From Octopus sinensis (taxonomy: Eukaryota), in assembly GCF_006345805.1 (NCBI RefSeq), contig NC_043010.1:61442001-61506000 (forward strand): a DNA stretch of 64,000 nt, in the 5' to 3' direction. Of this stretch, positions 37,293-50,918 are shown in pieces. A model generated the notes under the pieces. That model saw only the letters and a program-made list of their open reading frames with translations. It did not search any database and was not told where the DNA came from. Made by a program: the position numbers and the translations under genes. Every line of letters starts with the position of its first letter. Positions within the stretch are counted from its first letter, which is position 1.

Positions 37293-37839
37293 CTAGAAAA
37301 GAACAGAGTTGGAAATATGAAACATAATGGTGATGGTGGGGGACAGTGGTTTGAAGGATTGGGCTGACTGGCCATACCAGGCCAAAGTATACTATTTTAT
37401 ATTCAACCTGGTCAAATCTGACCTCTTGCACATACTCTGCAATGTCATTCTAAACAATCACATCAATGAAATCTCGAAGCTACAAGCTAATGCATAATTC
37501 AAAACAATGTGAATAAATAAGCATTACATTTGATAGAGTAACCTGAACACAAAAGGACTACGGGTACGTGGTCTAGAGAGGGTGGTGCACTCTGGCTACA
37601 CTTGAGGGTGGAAGATCATACAACCATGCCTACACCTGTGTCATATTCTATATTGAACTGAGTTCATACGGTCAACCTTTAAACCAAGTGAGGAGAATCT
37701 TTTTTCGTACCAGGAATGGATTGTGTGTGAAGCATTTATACAGAGAAAAATAATGAATCTTAACGACATAACTTGCTTTTGTCATGTCAGTGGGTAGCAT
37801 TGAATTAATTGTCCAATTTATGATGGAATAATAATAATT

Positions 37840-38285
37840 ATGAACTTATTGTATACAGTGCACAGGTGCGCCACAACTTGTCAGAAAGTGCATATAAAGC
37901 ATATGCAGTAATGTACAAATGTCTGGAAAGCGAACAGTGTATGAGTCAGATACATGCTTGCGTGTGTATGGAGGGGAGAAAATCAGGTGTAGTGTTGGCG
38001 AATCTCAGGAAACATGGAAGTTTTGAAGGATGCAGTGCTCCGACAACTAACAACTGATGCCGGCAGTTTGTTCCACGCTTCAGCAACTCTTAGCATGAAA
38101 AAATGTTTCCTAAAGTCATGGGAGCTGTGCTGTTTTCTGACTTTGTAAACATGTCCACGGGTGTTAGATGGGTGGAGTTTGAAAAGGTGCTCAGAGTTAT
38201 TGTTTGTAAATAATTTTATGGGGGGGGGGGGGGTCTGCCAAGTCAGCTGCCAGACGTCGGAGTTTCAATGTATCCAATAATTTCC
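37840..38285 (-). mobile_element. CR1 LINE 3' fragment in the last OAT intron
   Basis: Reverse-complement homology to 8890-9995, including the tail. Confidence 0.75.
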
Positions 38286-39484
38286 AAGTGGCCATCATCT
38301 CCCACTAACTTGATCCAAGTGGAGATAATCCACACCCAATTGCTGCAAAATATGTGGAGTTATGCTCCTGTTTAGCCTTCGGTAAAACATTGATCAAGCA
38401 GACCTCTGATCAAAAGTGTTCCAGCCTTAATAATCCTATCGGGGGGGGGGATATCATATATAGGAGTTCAATGTCCGAATCATTTATATTTTAAGTGGGA
38501 TGTATTTTGAGGGAGATTTAGCTACTGTATCTAACATATCAAATGACCATGCATGCTACCTCAGTGTCACTGGTAGCAAGGGAAACATTTTACTGAATAT
38601 TTTCTTTTAATGGTTTAATTAGAGGATCGGGGAGGAGTTATCTACCTTTAGGCAAAAAAAAAAAAGTGTTTGAGGAGAGGTGGGAGTGCGGGGGGAAAGG
38701 ATGGGAGGAGGTAATGTCAGTGTGGGAATGGTGGGAGTATGTGATAGTGTTCGGAGGGGGGGGGGGGACAGTGAGAATAGGGGGAATGGTACGAGTGTCC
38801 AGCACGAAAGAGTTTTGTTGTTTAGATTCAGATTAATTCAACCAGCAATGGAAGATGCTCCAGACTAGCAATAGCTTGGGTCAAATCGAGGTCTCTTGAT
38901 TGCAAAGCAAACTTATGAACCAATTTGGCCATGCTGTGTCCATTCCCTCTCCTGCCAACTCCCAGTGATACAACATAACATCTACTGAAGCACTACATAC
39001 ATACTGTAGAGATTTATATATGAGGTCTGAAGGCGGCAAGCTGGCAGAAACGTTAGCATGCCGGGCGAAATGCGTAGCCATATTTCGTCTGCCGTTACGT
39101 TCTGGGTTCAAATTCCACCGAGGTCGACTTTGCCTTTCATCCTTTCGGGGTCGATAAATTAAATACCAGTTACGCACTGGGATCGATGTTATCGACTTAA
39201 TCTGTTTGTCCTTTCTGTGTTTAGCCCCTTGTGGGTAATAAAGAAATATATTTTGAGGGCAGCAAACTGGCAGAAACGTTAGCACGCCGGGCGAAATGCG
39301 CAGCCGTATTTCATCTGCAGTTACGTTCTGAGTTCAAATTCCACCGAGGTCAACTTTGCCTGTCATCCTTTCGGGGTAGATAAATTAAATACCAGTTACG
39401 CACTGGGGTTGACGTAATCGACTTAATTCGTTTGTTTGTCCCCTCTATGTTTAGCCCCTTGTGGGTAATAAAGGAACATATATA

Positions 39485-40270
39485 TGAGGTCTGACCAAAA
39501 ACTCTCAGGCCTGCTGCTATAGAAAGAAAACTACAACTCGTGTCGGTTCAGCATTTAATCTCCTTCAAAGCAATCCCCTTCGGAAGTCACTCACTTTATC
39601 CAGCATCGTTTTCATCGATGGAAGCATCCCTGGAACTCCTTTTTGGGGATAGCAAGCAGCTGCCTTGTCGTATTCTCGTGGATCTCCTCAATGTCATGAA
39701 ATCTTATTTCTTTATTGCCCACAAGGGGCTAAACAAAGAGGGGACAAACAAGGACATACAAAGAGATTAAGTCGATTTCATCGACCCCAGTGCGTAACTG
39801 GTACTTAATTTATCGACCCCGAAAGGATGAAAGGCAAAGTCAACCTCGGCAGAATTTGAACTCAGAACATAATAGCAGATGAAATACCAATAAGCATTTC
39901 GCCTGGCGTGCTAACAATTCTGCCAGCTCGCCGCCTTTATGTCAAGAAATCTTGTTGGGGTCTCTCAGTGCAAAGACCGAGCTTTGGTTTCAGGATCGTA
40001 GCCATAGACCCACAATTCGTCACCTGTTATGACCGTTTGCAAACAGGTTTCCTCTTCCTCAACACAATCAAGAAGTTCATGGGCAGCTGAAACCTGATCC
40101 TCTTTTTGAGACAACCACACTCTACACACTTTACTTTCAAGCACTGCTACGAACAAAGAAAGAGAGCAAGAATGTTAGAGTTCAAGGCCCAGCTGTGCCA
40201 AGTGGCTTCTCTTTGTGTACTTTAGCTCCATTACTGTAGCAACAGTCCTGATATTTTTGATCAGACCTCG
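39485..40270 (-). mobile_element. Internally deleted mariner transposon with a SINE inserted
   Basis: TA-flanked TIRs (T/C)GAGGTCTGA(C/T)CAAAAA; transposase remnants ITGDELWVYGYDPETK and RFHDIEE...EGDCFEGD*. Confidence 0.85.
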
Positions 40271-40880
40271 TATATACATATGTATATATAATACTTACAG
40301 TGTTTAATAAAATGAAGTAGCATGAAACAATCGTACTACTCTACCTTGGATATACTTGTTGCTTATTTTGATTTATAATCACCCCATTTAATTTATACTC
40401 TTTTACTTGTTTCAGTCATTTGACTGCGGCCATGCTGGAGCACCGCCTTTAGTCGAGCAAATAGACCCTGGGACTTATTCTTTGTAAGCCCAGTACTTAT
40501 TCTATCTGTCTCTTTTGCCGAACCGCTAAGTGACGAGGACGTAAACACACCAGCATCGGTTGTCAAACAATGCTAGGGGGACAAACAAACACATACATAT
40601 ATATATATATACATACATATATACGACAGGCTTCTTTCAGTTTCCGTCTACCAAATCCACTCGCAAGGCATTGGTCGGCCCGGAGCTATAGTAGAAGACA
40701 CTTGCCCAAGATGCCACGCAGTGGGACTGAACCCAGAACCATGTGGTTGGTTAGCAAGTTACTTACCACACAGCCACTCCTGCGCCTATATGGATAATAC
40801 CAGACAAAATTTGACTTAAGTACCATATTCATCTGAATCTAAATTTTGCTGAACTTATGTCTATAGATATATATACTTAC

Positions 40881-41133
40881 TAGCATCGATGACAATGGCA
40901 TTGAGTAAACCTTTGCCTCGTACAGTCTTAACAATGGAGGACGGAAGTTTGGACAGTTCCGCACGTAAGATTTGTCCCATCTTCTCAGAGTTCTCTACCA
41001 ACATTTCATCTTTGATCACATCCATTGCTGCTATGGCAACTTGGCATGCAAGAGGATTCCCACCAAACGTAGAGCCGTGTTCACCTGGCTGGATGGTCAA
41101 CATCACCTCGTCATCAGCCAGAATAGCAGACAC
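40881..41133 (-). CDS. OAT: Ornithine aminotransferase, coding exon 6
   Basis: [30 protein letters not shown]...[14 protein letters not shown]; ttcacag| and |gtaagt; 253 nt. Confidence 0.97.
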
Positions 41134-42561
41134 CTGTGAAATAGAAGAAAATAGGACAATAGTGTTAGCAGCATAAGAACACCGTTGCTGGGGGACAGCA
41201 CTGGGAGAATGCAGCGAAAGAAGTGCACTTGTTGCAGAAAACATGGAAGATATTTCCTATTAGGAACTTTTCAGACAGAGAATCAACAGATTTGAAATAC
41301 TAAAACAAGTAGAGACACTTAGAGAGGATACAGCTTGGATTTTAACCCTATCTACATAAAATCTTATATATAATAAGCTATAGAAACCTTGCCAAAGCAG
41401 GCAGGAGAGCATGATTTGGCCCTTAGACTCATTGGATGCTGCCAAGTTGTCGTCAACTCATGCCATTATGCAGCTTGGACAGTAAATGATGGTTATGATT
41501 ACATCTACACATATAAATTTGATATGGTCGATTCTTTCTTGTCTTGGGATTCACGGTCAAACAGCTGGGTAGAAATGCACGAAAAATTACACAGATGTGT
41601 AGAATGATCCGATGGTGTTGCTGGGCTTTGTATTTTTTTCATAGCTCCCATGGTTATCAAAATAATCTACTATAATAATACTCGTGTTTATGAATGAGAA
41701 AGGAAGGGGTGATGTCATACTTCGTAGTTGGATGATGAATATTGTATGCTGGAAAAAATAAATCAGTGTTTCAACGTCCATTTTCCAGGAGGCTGCACCT
41801 AGCTCCAATCTGATCTGGCAAGGTTTCTACAGCTGGATGCCTTTCCTGACACCAACCACACTGAGAGCATAGTGAGTGCTTTTTACATGCCACTGGCATG
41901 GGGGCCAATCAGGCGGTACTGGCATCAGCCACAACAGTTTCACTTGACTGAACAGGTCTTCTCAAGCACAGCATGTATCCTGACCATTGAAAGGAACTCT
42001 TAAATGAGCCGATTATGTGACACTGGCATAGGCCACGACTACGATTTTCAAGCGGTGCTGGCATTGGCCACAACAATGATTTCATTTGACTCAACAGATC
42101 TTCTCCATACAGAATATTGCCCGATGATTGAACGGAACTCTTAAATGAGCCAGTTATGTGACACTGGTATAGGCCACAGCTACAATCTCACTTAGCTTGC
42201 CAGGTCTTCTCAAGCGCAGCATATCTCCAAAGGTCTGTCACTTGTCATTGCCTCTGTGATGGCCCAACGTTTCAAAGCTCGTGCTTTCATGTAAAACAAC
42301 TATATTTTGTAGTCATTATCCATCATAAACTCCCAAAACACTTCAGTAGCCCTACTTTGCATTGCTTGCAAACTTATATGTTCTATGATGATTAAAGTGC
42401 AATGACCTCCACAATAACCAGTCTTCAATTTGGTTTTTTGTTCCGAGATTAATTGGAAACATAGATTGCTGTACTACTCATAAACCTTCTCAGTAGTTCA
42501 ATTATTGGTGAAAAAAATGCCACTAAAGCATCTTAAACCGCCCAAAGGACAGATGCATTTG

Positions 42562-42633
<72 letters not shown>

Positions 42634-43021
42634 TGAATTCTCAGGAAGTACTGATATTTTTGAAGCTGTAGAGACTATCAGATAGAATGGTACTGCTCAG
42701 GTGTCAAAACTATAATGATATCTGCTTGGGCAGCTGATGATGAGAGTGCACATGTGTTCTGCTCAGTTGTGAATTTCTTATATCTTAGTCTTGTTATTCT
42801 GGGTTGTTCTTTAAACTTGCAAAGTGGAAAATGTTTGTAGATTCATAATATAATTTGTGGAGAATTGCTTACTTTGACATTATTCTTCATAGGTAACCTA
42901 ATTAGGCTTAGACAATGCTTAGATGCTGATGTGTACTTTTGGGAGGTTCTGTGGCATATAGATTCTCTGAGTGTGTTACACATATTTAGTATAAATGAAT
43001 ACATGAAGGATATCTACTTAC

Positions 43022-43100
43022 CGGCAAAACCCCACCAGACAAAGCCTTGCCCAAGATGACAATGTCAGGTCGAACATTCTCGTGATCAACAGCCAACATC
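43022..43100 (-). CDS. OAT: Ornithine aminotransferase, coding exon 5 (PLP-binding lysine)
   Basis: Absent from the ORF track; I translated it by hand: (K)[26 protein letters not shown]; ttttag| and |gtaagt; 79 nt restores the frame. Confidence 0.96.
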
Positions 43101-43683
43101 CTAAAATAATGACAATAAATATCATCAATAATATTAATACGACGCTAACTTTTGGTTTTTGTTTGTACCTGTTGTGTGCATCACGCTTACTTCAATGAAG
43201 TGACAAAGTGAGAGAGAAGAGGACAGAGAGGAAGAGAGAGAAAGTGAGTGGTGACAGCATTCGTTTTGTGTTTTTAAACATTTCAGAGAGGAAGTAAGAG
43301 AGAAAGAGAGTGGAAGAGACAGTGAGTGATGGTGGCATTCATTTTGTGATTTTAAATATTTATCACATCGCAAGAGAAGTAGATACATAGATACACATTG
43401 TTAAATCAAAAGCAGGAGAGAAGAGGAACACAAAGTGAAAGAGAAGGGAAGTGAGAGAGAGACAGTAGATACATAAATCCAAAGAAAACTTCATGCATAG
43501 ATACATACACACAGCAAATATTGGATGTCAATTTCACTTTTCATTACCACACGAGAATAAAATTAACTCACAAATGGTTGAGTACTCCACGGACATGCAT
43601 AACATTAACATAGTTCTCAGAGAGATTCAGCCTCACACAGAATATGACAAAGCTGGCCCCTTTGCATTACAACTACAACTCGA

Positions 43684-43718
<35 letters not shown>

Positions 43719-45119
43719 TGTATGTATGTATAGTTTAGGTTAATTAAAACGTGTTTGCAATAATAAGTGTCGCGTGGTGGAAATAAACACAATTACCAAA
43801 CTTTCATTCATAAATCCATTTATTATTTCATTCTTTTGTATTTCAATTTGTACATTAAGGTTCTTTGAATATGTACGATGTATTTCAAGGTTGAATAGTA
43901 ATTCCATTTACGTTTGTGTAACTGAGATATTTTGGTTGGATTGTATAGTCATTGGTGTTACATTACTTTCTGTAACTGCCACAATATACTTTTCTAGGCC
44001 TGAATTTTTTGTGGGGAGGGGGCCAGTTGATAGATCGACCCCAGTACACAACTGATACTTAATTTATCAACGCTGAAAGGATGAAAGGCAAAGTCGATCT
44101 CGGCAGAATTCGAACTCAGAACGTAAAGACAGATGGTCATAATATACAAACATTTCTCAAGACACCATTACACTGTTTACAGTTGCTTACATTTTTTTAT
44201 GTTTTCCGTGAATCTTTCATGTATCTAGCTAGTTATTATTATTATTATTATTATTAAGTAATGGAGTATCCCCTTCGCCCAAATTTCAGGCCTTGTGCCT
44301 ATAGTAGAAAGAATTATTCTTGTCAAGGCAAAGTGCTGGCAGCATTGTGAGTTTAGCAGACAAGATGCTTGGTGGCTTTTGGTCAGTCTTTACATTCCAA
44401 ATTCAAATATTGCCAAGGTGGACTTTGCTTTTCATCCTTTCAGGGTCGATAAAATAAGTAGCAGTCAAGCACTGGTGGGGGTGGCGATGTAATCAACTTC
44501 TCCCCTCTTTACTGAAGGACTAAGTCTATGGGGTAAAGAGTGGCCATAAGAGGAATCCAGGTGAGTAGATTTGGAGAGAATGATGCAAACAAACAAACAA
44601 AACCTTGAGCTAGATATACAAAATATCCATAAATATATACCTACGCATAAATGGAGAAGACAAAGACTGAAAAATATTCAGATGATGAATATTCATGTTC
44701 AAATATAAAGATCTCTATTAACAGAGCAAACAAAGAGAATACAAAGACACTGAAGACTGAGGGGTGAAGGTGTGGTGTTACAGATCCAACAGCTGTTTTG
44801 GGGGAGTGGGGCTCAGAATTAATTCATAATGTTGGCAGATGTTTATCATTATATCATTGTCGTTTAACGTCCGCTTTCCATGCTGGCATGGGTTGGACGG
44901 TTTGACTGAAGGCTGCACCAGGCTCCAGTCTGATCTGGCAAAGTTTCTACAGCTGGATGCCCATGTTGTTTGCAAAAAGTCAAGGCTATGCAACCAGTAG
45001 TGGAAGCATATAAACATTGGGTAGATCTGGCCTCCGTCTTCAGTGTGGAGACAGAGGCTGGATCTTGGTCATCAATTTATACATAATCATTCATCGCCTG
45101 ATGTATATCTGTGCTGATC

Positions 45120-45500
45120 TCTAACTGTAGAGGGAACCTGTGGAAAGGACCGACCCAGAAAGATACGGGACAAGGTGGTAAAACATGATCTTCAAACATT
45201 GGGCCCCATGGAGGCAATGACAAATGACAGAGACCTTTGGTGATGTGCCATGCTTGAGGAGATCCATCAAGCCAAGTGAGACTGTGGTCGTGGCCAATAC
45301 TGGTGTCACGTATCTGGTAACCATGTTGGTGGATGTAAAGAGCAACCATTACTCTCTTGGAGTGGTTAGCATTAGGAAGCGCATCCAGCCACAGAACCCA
45401 TGCCAAATCAGGTTGGAACCTGGTGCAGCCCTCCAGCTTACCAGTTCCAATCACACCGTCCAACCCATGCCAGCATGGAAAAGGGGAGCTACATCATGAT
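45120..45500 (+). mobile_element. RTE LINE 3' end
   Basis: VEGTCGKDRPRKIRDKVVKHDLQTLG...DRDLW, then 3' UTR ending ccaacccatgccagcatggaa and an ATG-type tail. Confidence 0.75.
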
Positions 45501-45618
45501 AATGATATGTATGTATATTTTGTATATCTAGCCCAAGCGGTTTTATTTGTTTAATTAAATCATTCTATACACATGTATGTATATATATGTGTGTGGTTTA
45601 TTATACAAAGATACGTAC

Positions 45619-45791
45619 TTTCCTGTTCTTGCTATTCCGGTCTGTACTTCATCGGCAATCCACAACACATTGTATTTATCACAGAGCTTTCGGACTCCCT
45701 GCAGGTAACCTTCATGGGGTACAACCACCCCAGCTTCACCTTGAATGGGTTCCATCATAAAGGCACAAGTATTTGGGTCTTTGATATGCTC
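45619..45791 (-). CDS. OAT: Ornithine aminotransferase, coding exon 4
   Basis: [25 protein letters not shown]...[15 protein letters not shown]; ttctag| and |gtacgt; 173 nt, ends in phase 2. Confidence 0.97.
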
Positions 45792-45879
45792 CTAGAAATA
45801 ATAACAGGAAAAAGGGGCCGAGATAAAGAGATGTTTCTATATAGAGCTGTTGTATAGTGTGGAGAATAGGGATCATGAG

Positions 45880-46580
45880 GAGGATAAATTAAGGATGTTG
45901 TAAGAGATTAAGGGAACTAGAAAAATAAGGGGTACTAATGAGTAATGAAATTAGTGATAGGTAAACAACTTAAGGGACATATCTATAAAATGAATTGGAT
46001 TGATTAGAAAATAAACAGATTAAAGGGAAGAGCAAATAAAAAAAATTTAGGGGCTTGAACAAACAGATTAAAGGAATTAATAAGTAAACAAATTTGGGGG
46101 TTAGCAAGTAAACAGATTAAAAGGACCAGTGAAAAAACTAAGGGCTTGTGAGTAAATAGAGTAGTGAGGCTGACAAATGAATTAGGGGTTAGAGAGTAAA
46201 CAGAGCAAGAAATAGAAACTACTGATTAAACCGATTAACAGGTGAATAAATTAAGGATTAGTTAGAGGAACTAGAAAGAAAATCTGTGGGACTAGTAAGA
46301 AAATTAAGGGTTTGTAAGTAAATAGACAAGGCAGATTGGCAAATAAGGGGGTCAGTGAGTAAATAGATCAGTGAACTATTGAGTAAATAGATTAGGGGAC
46401 TAATTAGTAAATAGATTAAGTAGTGTGAGGAGAGATTAAGGGTTGTTGGGGAGGGGGAAGAATAGGTTGCAATAGAAAAGGAACATAAAAAGTACTAAGA
46501 AATTTGGGGTTGTTAGTAACAAATTAAGGGACACTAGTACAGAGATTAGGGGTTTGATTAAAGATTAGGCATTAAGAATT
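45880..46580 (+). repeat. Highly degenerate purine-rich minisatellite in OAT intron
   Basis: Recurring gagtaaa(t/c)agatta(a/g)ggg(g/a)cta-like units of ~22-24 bp. Confidence 0.55.
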
Positions 46581-47187
46581 AGGCAATAATAATGGCTTCA
46601 AATTTTGCAACAAAGGCAGCAATTTTGGGGGAGAGAAAGATTTGATTACGTCGACCCCAGTGTTTTACTGGTACTTAATTTGTCGACCCCTGAAAGGATG
46701 AAAGGTAGAGTTGATCTCAGCAGAATTTGAACTCAAAACGTGGAGACAGGCAAAATACTGCTAAGCATTTTGTACAGCATGCTAACGATTCTGTCAGGTC
46801 ACTGCCTGGGTAATAATTTCAAATTTTAGTACAAGACCAGCAAATTTGGGGATTGGGGCTAAATCAATTACATTGAACTCAGTGTTCAACAGATGAAAGG
46901 CAAACTTAGAACACAAAGATGGACAAAATACTGCTTAGCATTTGGCCAGGACTGCACAGACAGAGAAAGGGGTGGGGAGGAGAGGAGAGAGGGGGAGAGG
47001 GAGGAAAGAGAGAGAGAGAGAGAGGAAAGAGAGAGAGAGAGGATGATGTGGATGAAGGCAGTGATTACAGTATTATAAAGGTTCATTTGTAGAGAGTCTC
47101 AATGATGCAAAATATTAAATATTTAAGATGATAACAATGGAATAACAACAAAAATCACCAGTAAATAGGATTGGTGGCAAGTTTTAC

Positions 47188-47411
47188 CTCGAGGGCAGCT
47201 AAATCATTATATGGGGCAATGGCGAGACCAGGCATGTATGGTCCAAACCCATCATAACTGCTGGGGTCAGTTGAAGAAGAGATAGCAGCAAGAGTTCGGC
47301 CCCAGAAGTTGCCTTCAGCAAACACAATTTTGGCCTTGTTTTCAGGGATCTTTTTCACTTTGTAGCCCCATTTCCGAGCCAACTTACAAGCAGTTTCACC
47401 ACCTTCAACAC
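47188..47411 (-). CDS. OAT: Ornithine aminotransferase, coding exon 3
   Basis: [17 protein letters not shown]...[17 protein letters not shown]...YNDLAALE; tacag| and |gtaaaa; 224 nt. Confidence 0.97.
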
Positions 47412-47725
47412 CTGTAACGAACACGAAGTAAGAAAAATATATGAAGACAGGTGTTGTTTATTAATTTTCAAAGAAATCATCACAGGTAACTCAATCAAGT
47501 CCATCACAAACAGGTTCTCTTTTACTTGTTTCAGTCATTTGACTGCGGCCATGCTGGAGCACTGCCTTTAGTCGAGCAAATTGATCCCAGGACTTATTTT
47601 TTGTAAGCCTAGTACTCATTCTATCGGTCTCTTTTGCTGAACCGCTAAGTTACGGGGATGTAAACACACCAGCATCGGTTGTGAAGCGATGTTGGGGGAA
47701 CAAACACAGATACACAAACATATAC

Positions 47726-47782
<57 letters not shown>

Positions 47783-49824
47783 TATGACGGGCTTCTTTCA
47801 GTTTCCGTCTACCAAATCCACTCACAAGGCTTTGGTTGGCCTCTATAGTAGAAGACACTTGCCCAAGGTGCCATGCAGTGGGACTGAACCCGGAACCATG
47901 TGGTTGGTAAGCAAGCTACTTACCACACAGCCACTTGTTTACATTCTACTGTGAACAGGGTCCACAACAACCCTTAACATCATATTTTCCTGTCAATAAG
48001 ATCCACAACATGGATGCAGTGCGTAAGGCTGAGCCAGACGTGGTAAGATGTTGAATTGAGTGATCCAGAGAGCAGAAATGGCAAGAGACCAAAGTTTGGT
48101 ATCCAAGTCAGGAGATAGAGTGAAGATGTTACATGAATTAGTCAGGTAAACAGTGATTGGTGTGGCCAATGGTTGGACGTATTGAAACCCCCTTTGGTCA
48201 TGGCTGACTGTGGGCTTGCACCTGGAAAGTTACCCTCCCAGGCACAAGTCTGGGCAAGGTTGTTTTATGGAAGACCAGCAGTCGCCCATTCATACCGGCC
48301 TCCCCTCTCCACGCCACCAGTGTTATCCAAGGGAAAGGCAAAGGCTGATATAGCTTGGCACCTGTGACATCGCAACTCATTTCTACAGCTGAGTGAACTG
48401 GAGCAACGTGAAATAAAGTGCTTTGCTCAAGAACACAACATGCAACCCGGTCCAGGATTCGAACTCACAACCTCACCATCGTAAGCTCGATGTTCTAACC
48501 ACTGAGCACATGGTTTGATGTATATATACAAGGTAAGAGAAGATATGAGTGGAGATGCAGGTGAAAGGGTCAGAAATATAGAAGATGTGGTACTTGGGTC
48601 CTGTAACGGATGAGGTGTTGGTGAGGCATGGAAACATATTGTAAAGGAGCTGGGAACAAAGGGAGAATCCAGGAAAGGATTTATAGCCAGCAAGTCAGAA
48701 GGAATGTTATAACGGAAGTGTTAGGGCGAATGGAAAATGAGAAGGGGAAACAATTGGGTGTGAGATGGGTGTGGGGGAGAGGGCAGAAGTACAGTCAACA
48801 TGGTGGACATGAATGAGGGTAGCATGGCCTAGGGTTGGGAGTTGGGTGGAGGATATCCATGTTGAATGAAAACGCAAATCATGCTTTGTGACTGTGTCTC
48901 ATATCGTAATTGTGAGAGCCCAAATGGCAGAAATGGAGGAATTGAGATTATGGGATGGCATGGGACGTGTGGTTTGACATGAGGGCTACACTGAGCGCCA
49001 GTATCTGCTTTGGTATGGTTTTCTATAGCAGGATGGGCTTCCTAATGCCACCCACTTTACAGAGTGAACTGGGTGCACCAGAAATGATGAGGTCACCAGA
49101 TAACTTGCAAGAAAAGACCCCATGACTGAGAGGTGGGGGAGTAGCATTGATGGAGGTGGCTTTTTGCCAAGTGATGAGAAGATAAAGTATAACAGAAGAA
49201 TAGCAACAAGTGTTTTTTTGCAGAGAAGATTCATTCATGGAAGGTGGAAAGAAGTGTCAGATGGAGATGCTGATGTTGAGGATGTGCATGAGGTGGTCGA
49301 CAGAGAGACAGGGGTGATGTCTAGAAAGATAATGGAGGTCTCTGAGATGAGTGTAAATGTATGTATGTGAGTATATGTATGTACATGCATGCTGGTGCCA
49401 TATAAAAAGCACCCAGTCCACTCTGTGAAGTGCTTGGTGTTAGGAAGGGCATCCAGGCACAGAAGCCAAGCCAAAACAGACAACTGAAACCTGGTGCAGC
49501 CCTTTAATTCCCCAGCTCCTATGAAGCTCTCCATCCCATGCCAGCATGAAAAACAGATGTTAAATGATGATGATAATGACAAATGCAAATATACAGACAC
49601 AAACGTGCACATGTATACACAGAGACGGGCTTCTTTCAGTTTCCATCTACCAAATCCACTCACAAGGCTTTGGTCAGCCCAAGGCTATAACAATAGAAGA
49701 CACTTGCCCAAGGTGCCACGCAGTGGGGTTGAACCTTAAACAACATGGCTGGGGATCTTTGTCAAACAATCACACCTGGCTACTACACCTGTAGAGAAAC
49801 TAAAATAGTGGATGAATGACTTAC

Positions 49825-50049
49825 CTGTGTTCATAGGTAGCACCTTGTCGTAGTTAAACAGTTTTGTCATGTATTCTTCATAATTTCCAAGGACATTATT
49901 GTAGAAGGCGCGAGACGTGAGAGTCAGAATATCTGCTTGCTGTTTGAGGGCATTGATGATTTTGGGGTGACAGTGGCCCTGGTTCACAGCACTGTATGCA
50001 CTCAGGAAGTCAAAGTATTTGTTACCTTCTACGTCCCACACATATATAC
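49825..50049 (-). CDS. OAT: Ornithine aminotransferase, coding exon 2
   Basis: [29 protein letters not shown]...LPMNT-G; gacag| and |gtaagt; 225 nt. Confidence 0.97.
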
Positions 50050-50785
50050 CTGTCAACAAAGTAAAAGAGAAACAGGGAAACATTATTATACTCAAAAAAT
50101 AATTAACAACAACATAAGCAATATGTTCATTTTCCAGGCATTTGTACATTACTGCATATGCCTTATATGCACTTTTGACAAGTTGTGGTGCACCTGAGCA
50201 CTGTATACAATAATTTCATTATTATTATTATTATATTAATACCAAAAGGTAACATTTCTTTGTCCCCTGCTTCAAAGTGGACGTTGTGTTAGAGCACAGC
50301 ATACTGCAATAGTTACGAGAGAATCTCTTATATTGGTTTTCAGTGCATATAAGCACTCTTGCTTGCATCCCCAGCAGGGAGATAAATCACCTGCCCTTAC
50401 CATTGCCTTATAGCCGGTGGCCAGGATATGTTGGCCCTTCAGTCAGAAGCTTGAGTATGTTGGTCCTTCAATCCAAGTGATTCTAGACCACTGCTTCAAT
50501 ACCATCCAATCGGCCGAGACAGACCTTATGAAGATCAACCTTCATTAACCCCCAAACACTGTGCTGGGACATACAATACCAGAAACAAGTGCAAAAGAAC
50601 AACTCGATTGAGTCTTTCCTTGCCCACCTCTCCTGTGGTCATCACATGAAGCTACAGCAACTCACTTGAGAATAGATGAAAAGCAACATGTTCAAACTGT
50701 ACCATAACATACAATACCAGTGAAATACTGGGGCCAATTCCTCTTTTTTGTCAGAATCGACTGCACTATGGCAGACCGCTTAGCG

Positions 50786-50918
50786 CAGTGGTCCTCAACC
50801 CCCTTAAATTCCTGTTTTACTCTACCGGACCCCCTTAGCCAGTCAATGCTTCAAGTTTTAACAGTAAAATCTTATATGGACACCCAAGGGTCAAGAGGTC
50901 CCTGGTTGAGAACCAGTG
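50786..50918. mobile_element. hAT(Charlie)-like MITE
   Basis: Degenerate TIRs cagtggtcctcaacc...ggttgagaaccagtg; related ends near 27950 and 29860. Confidence 0.55.
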
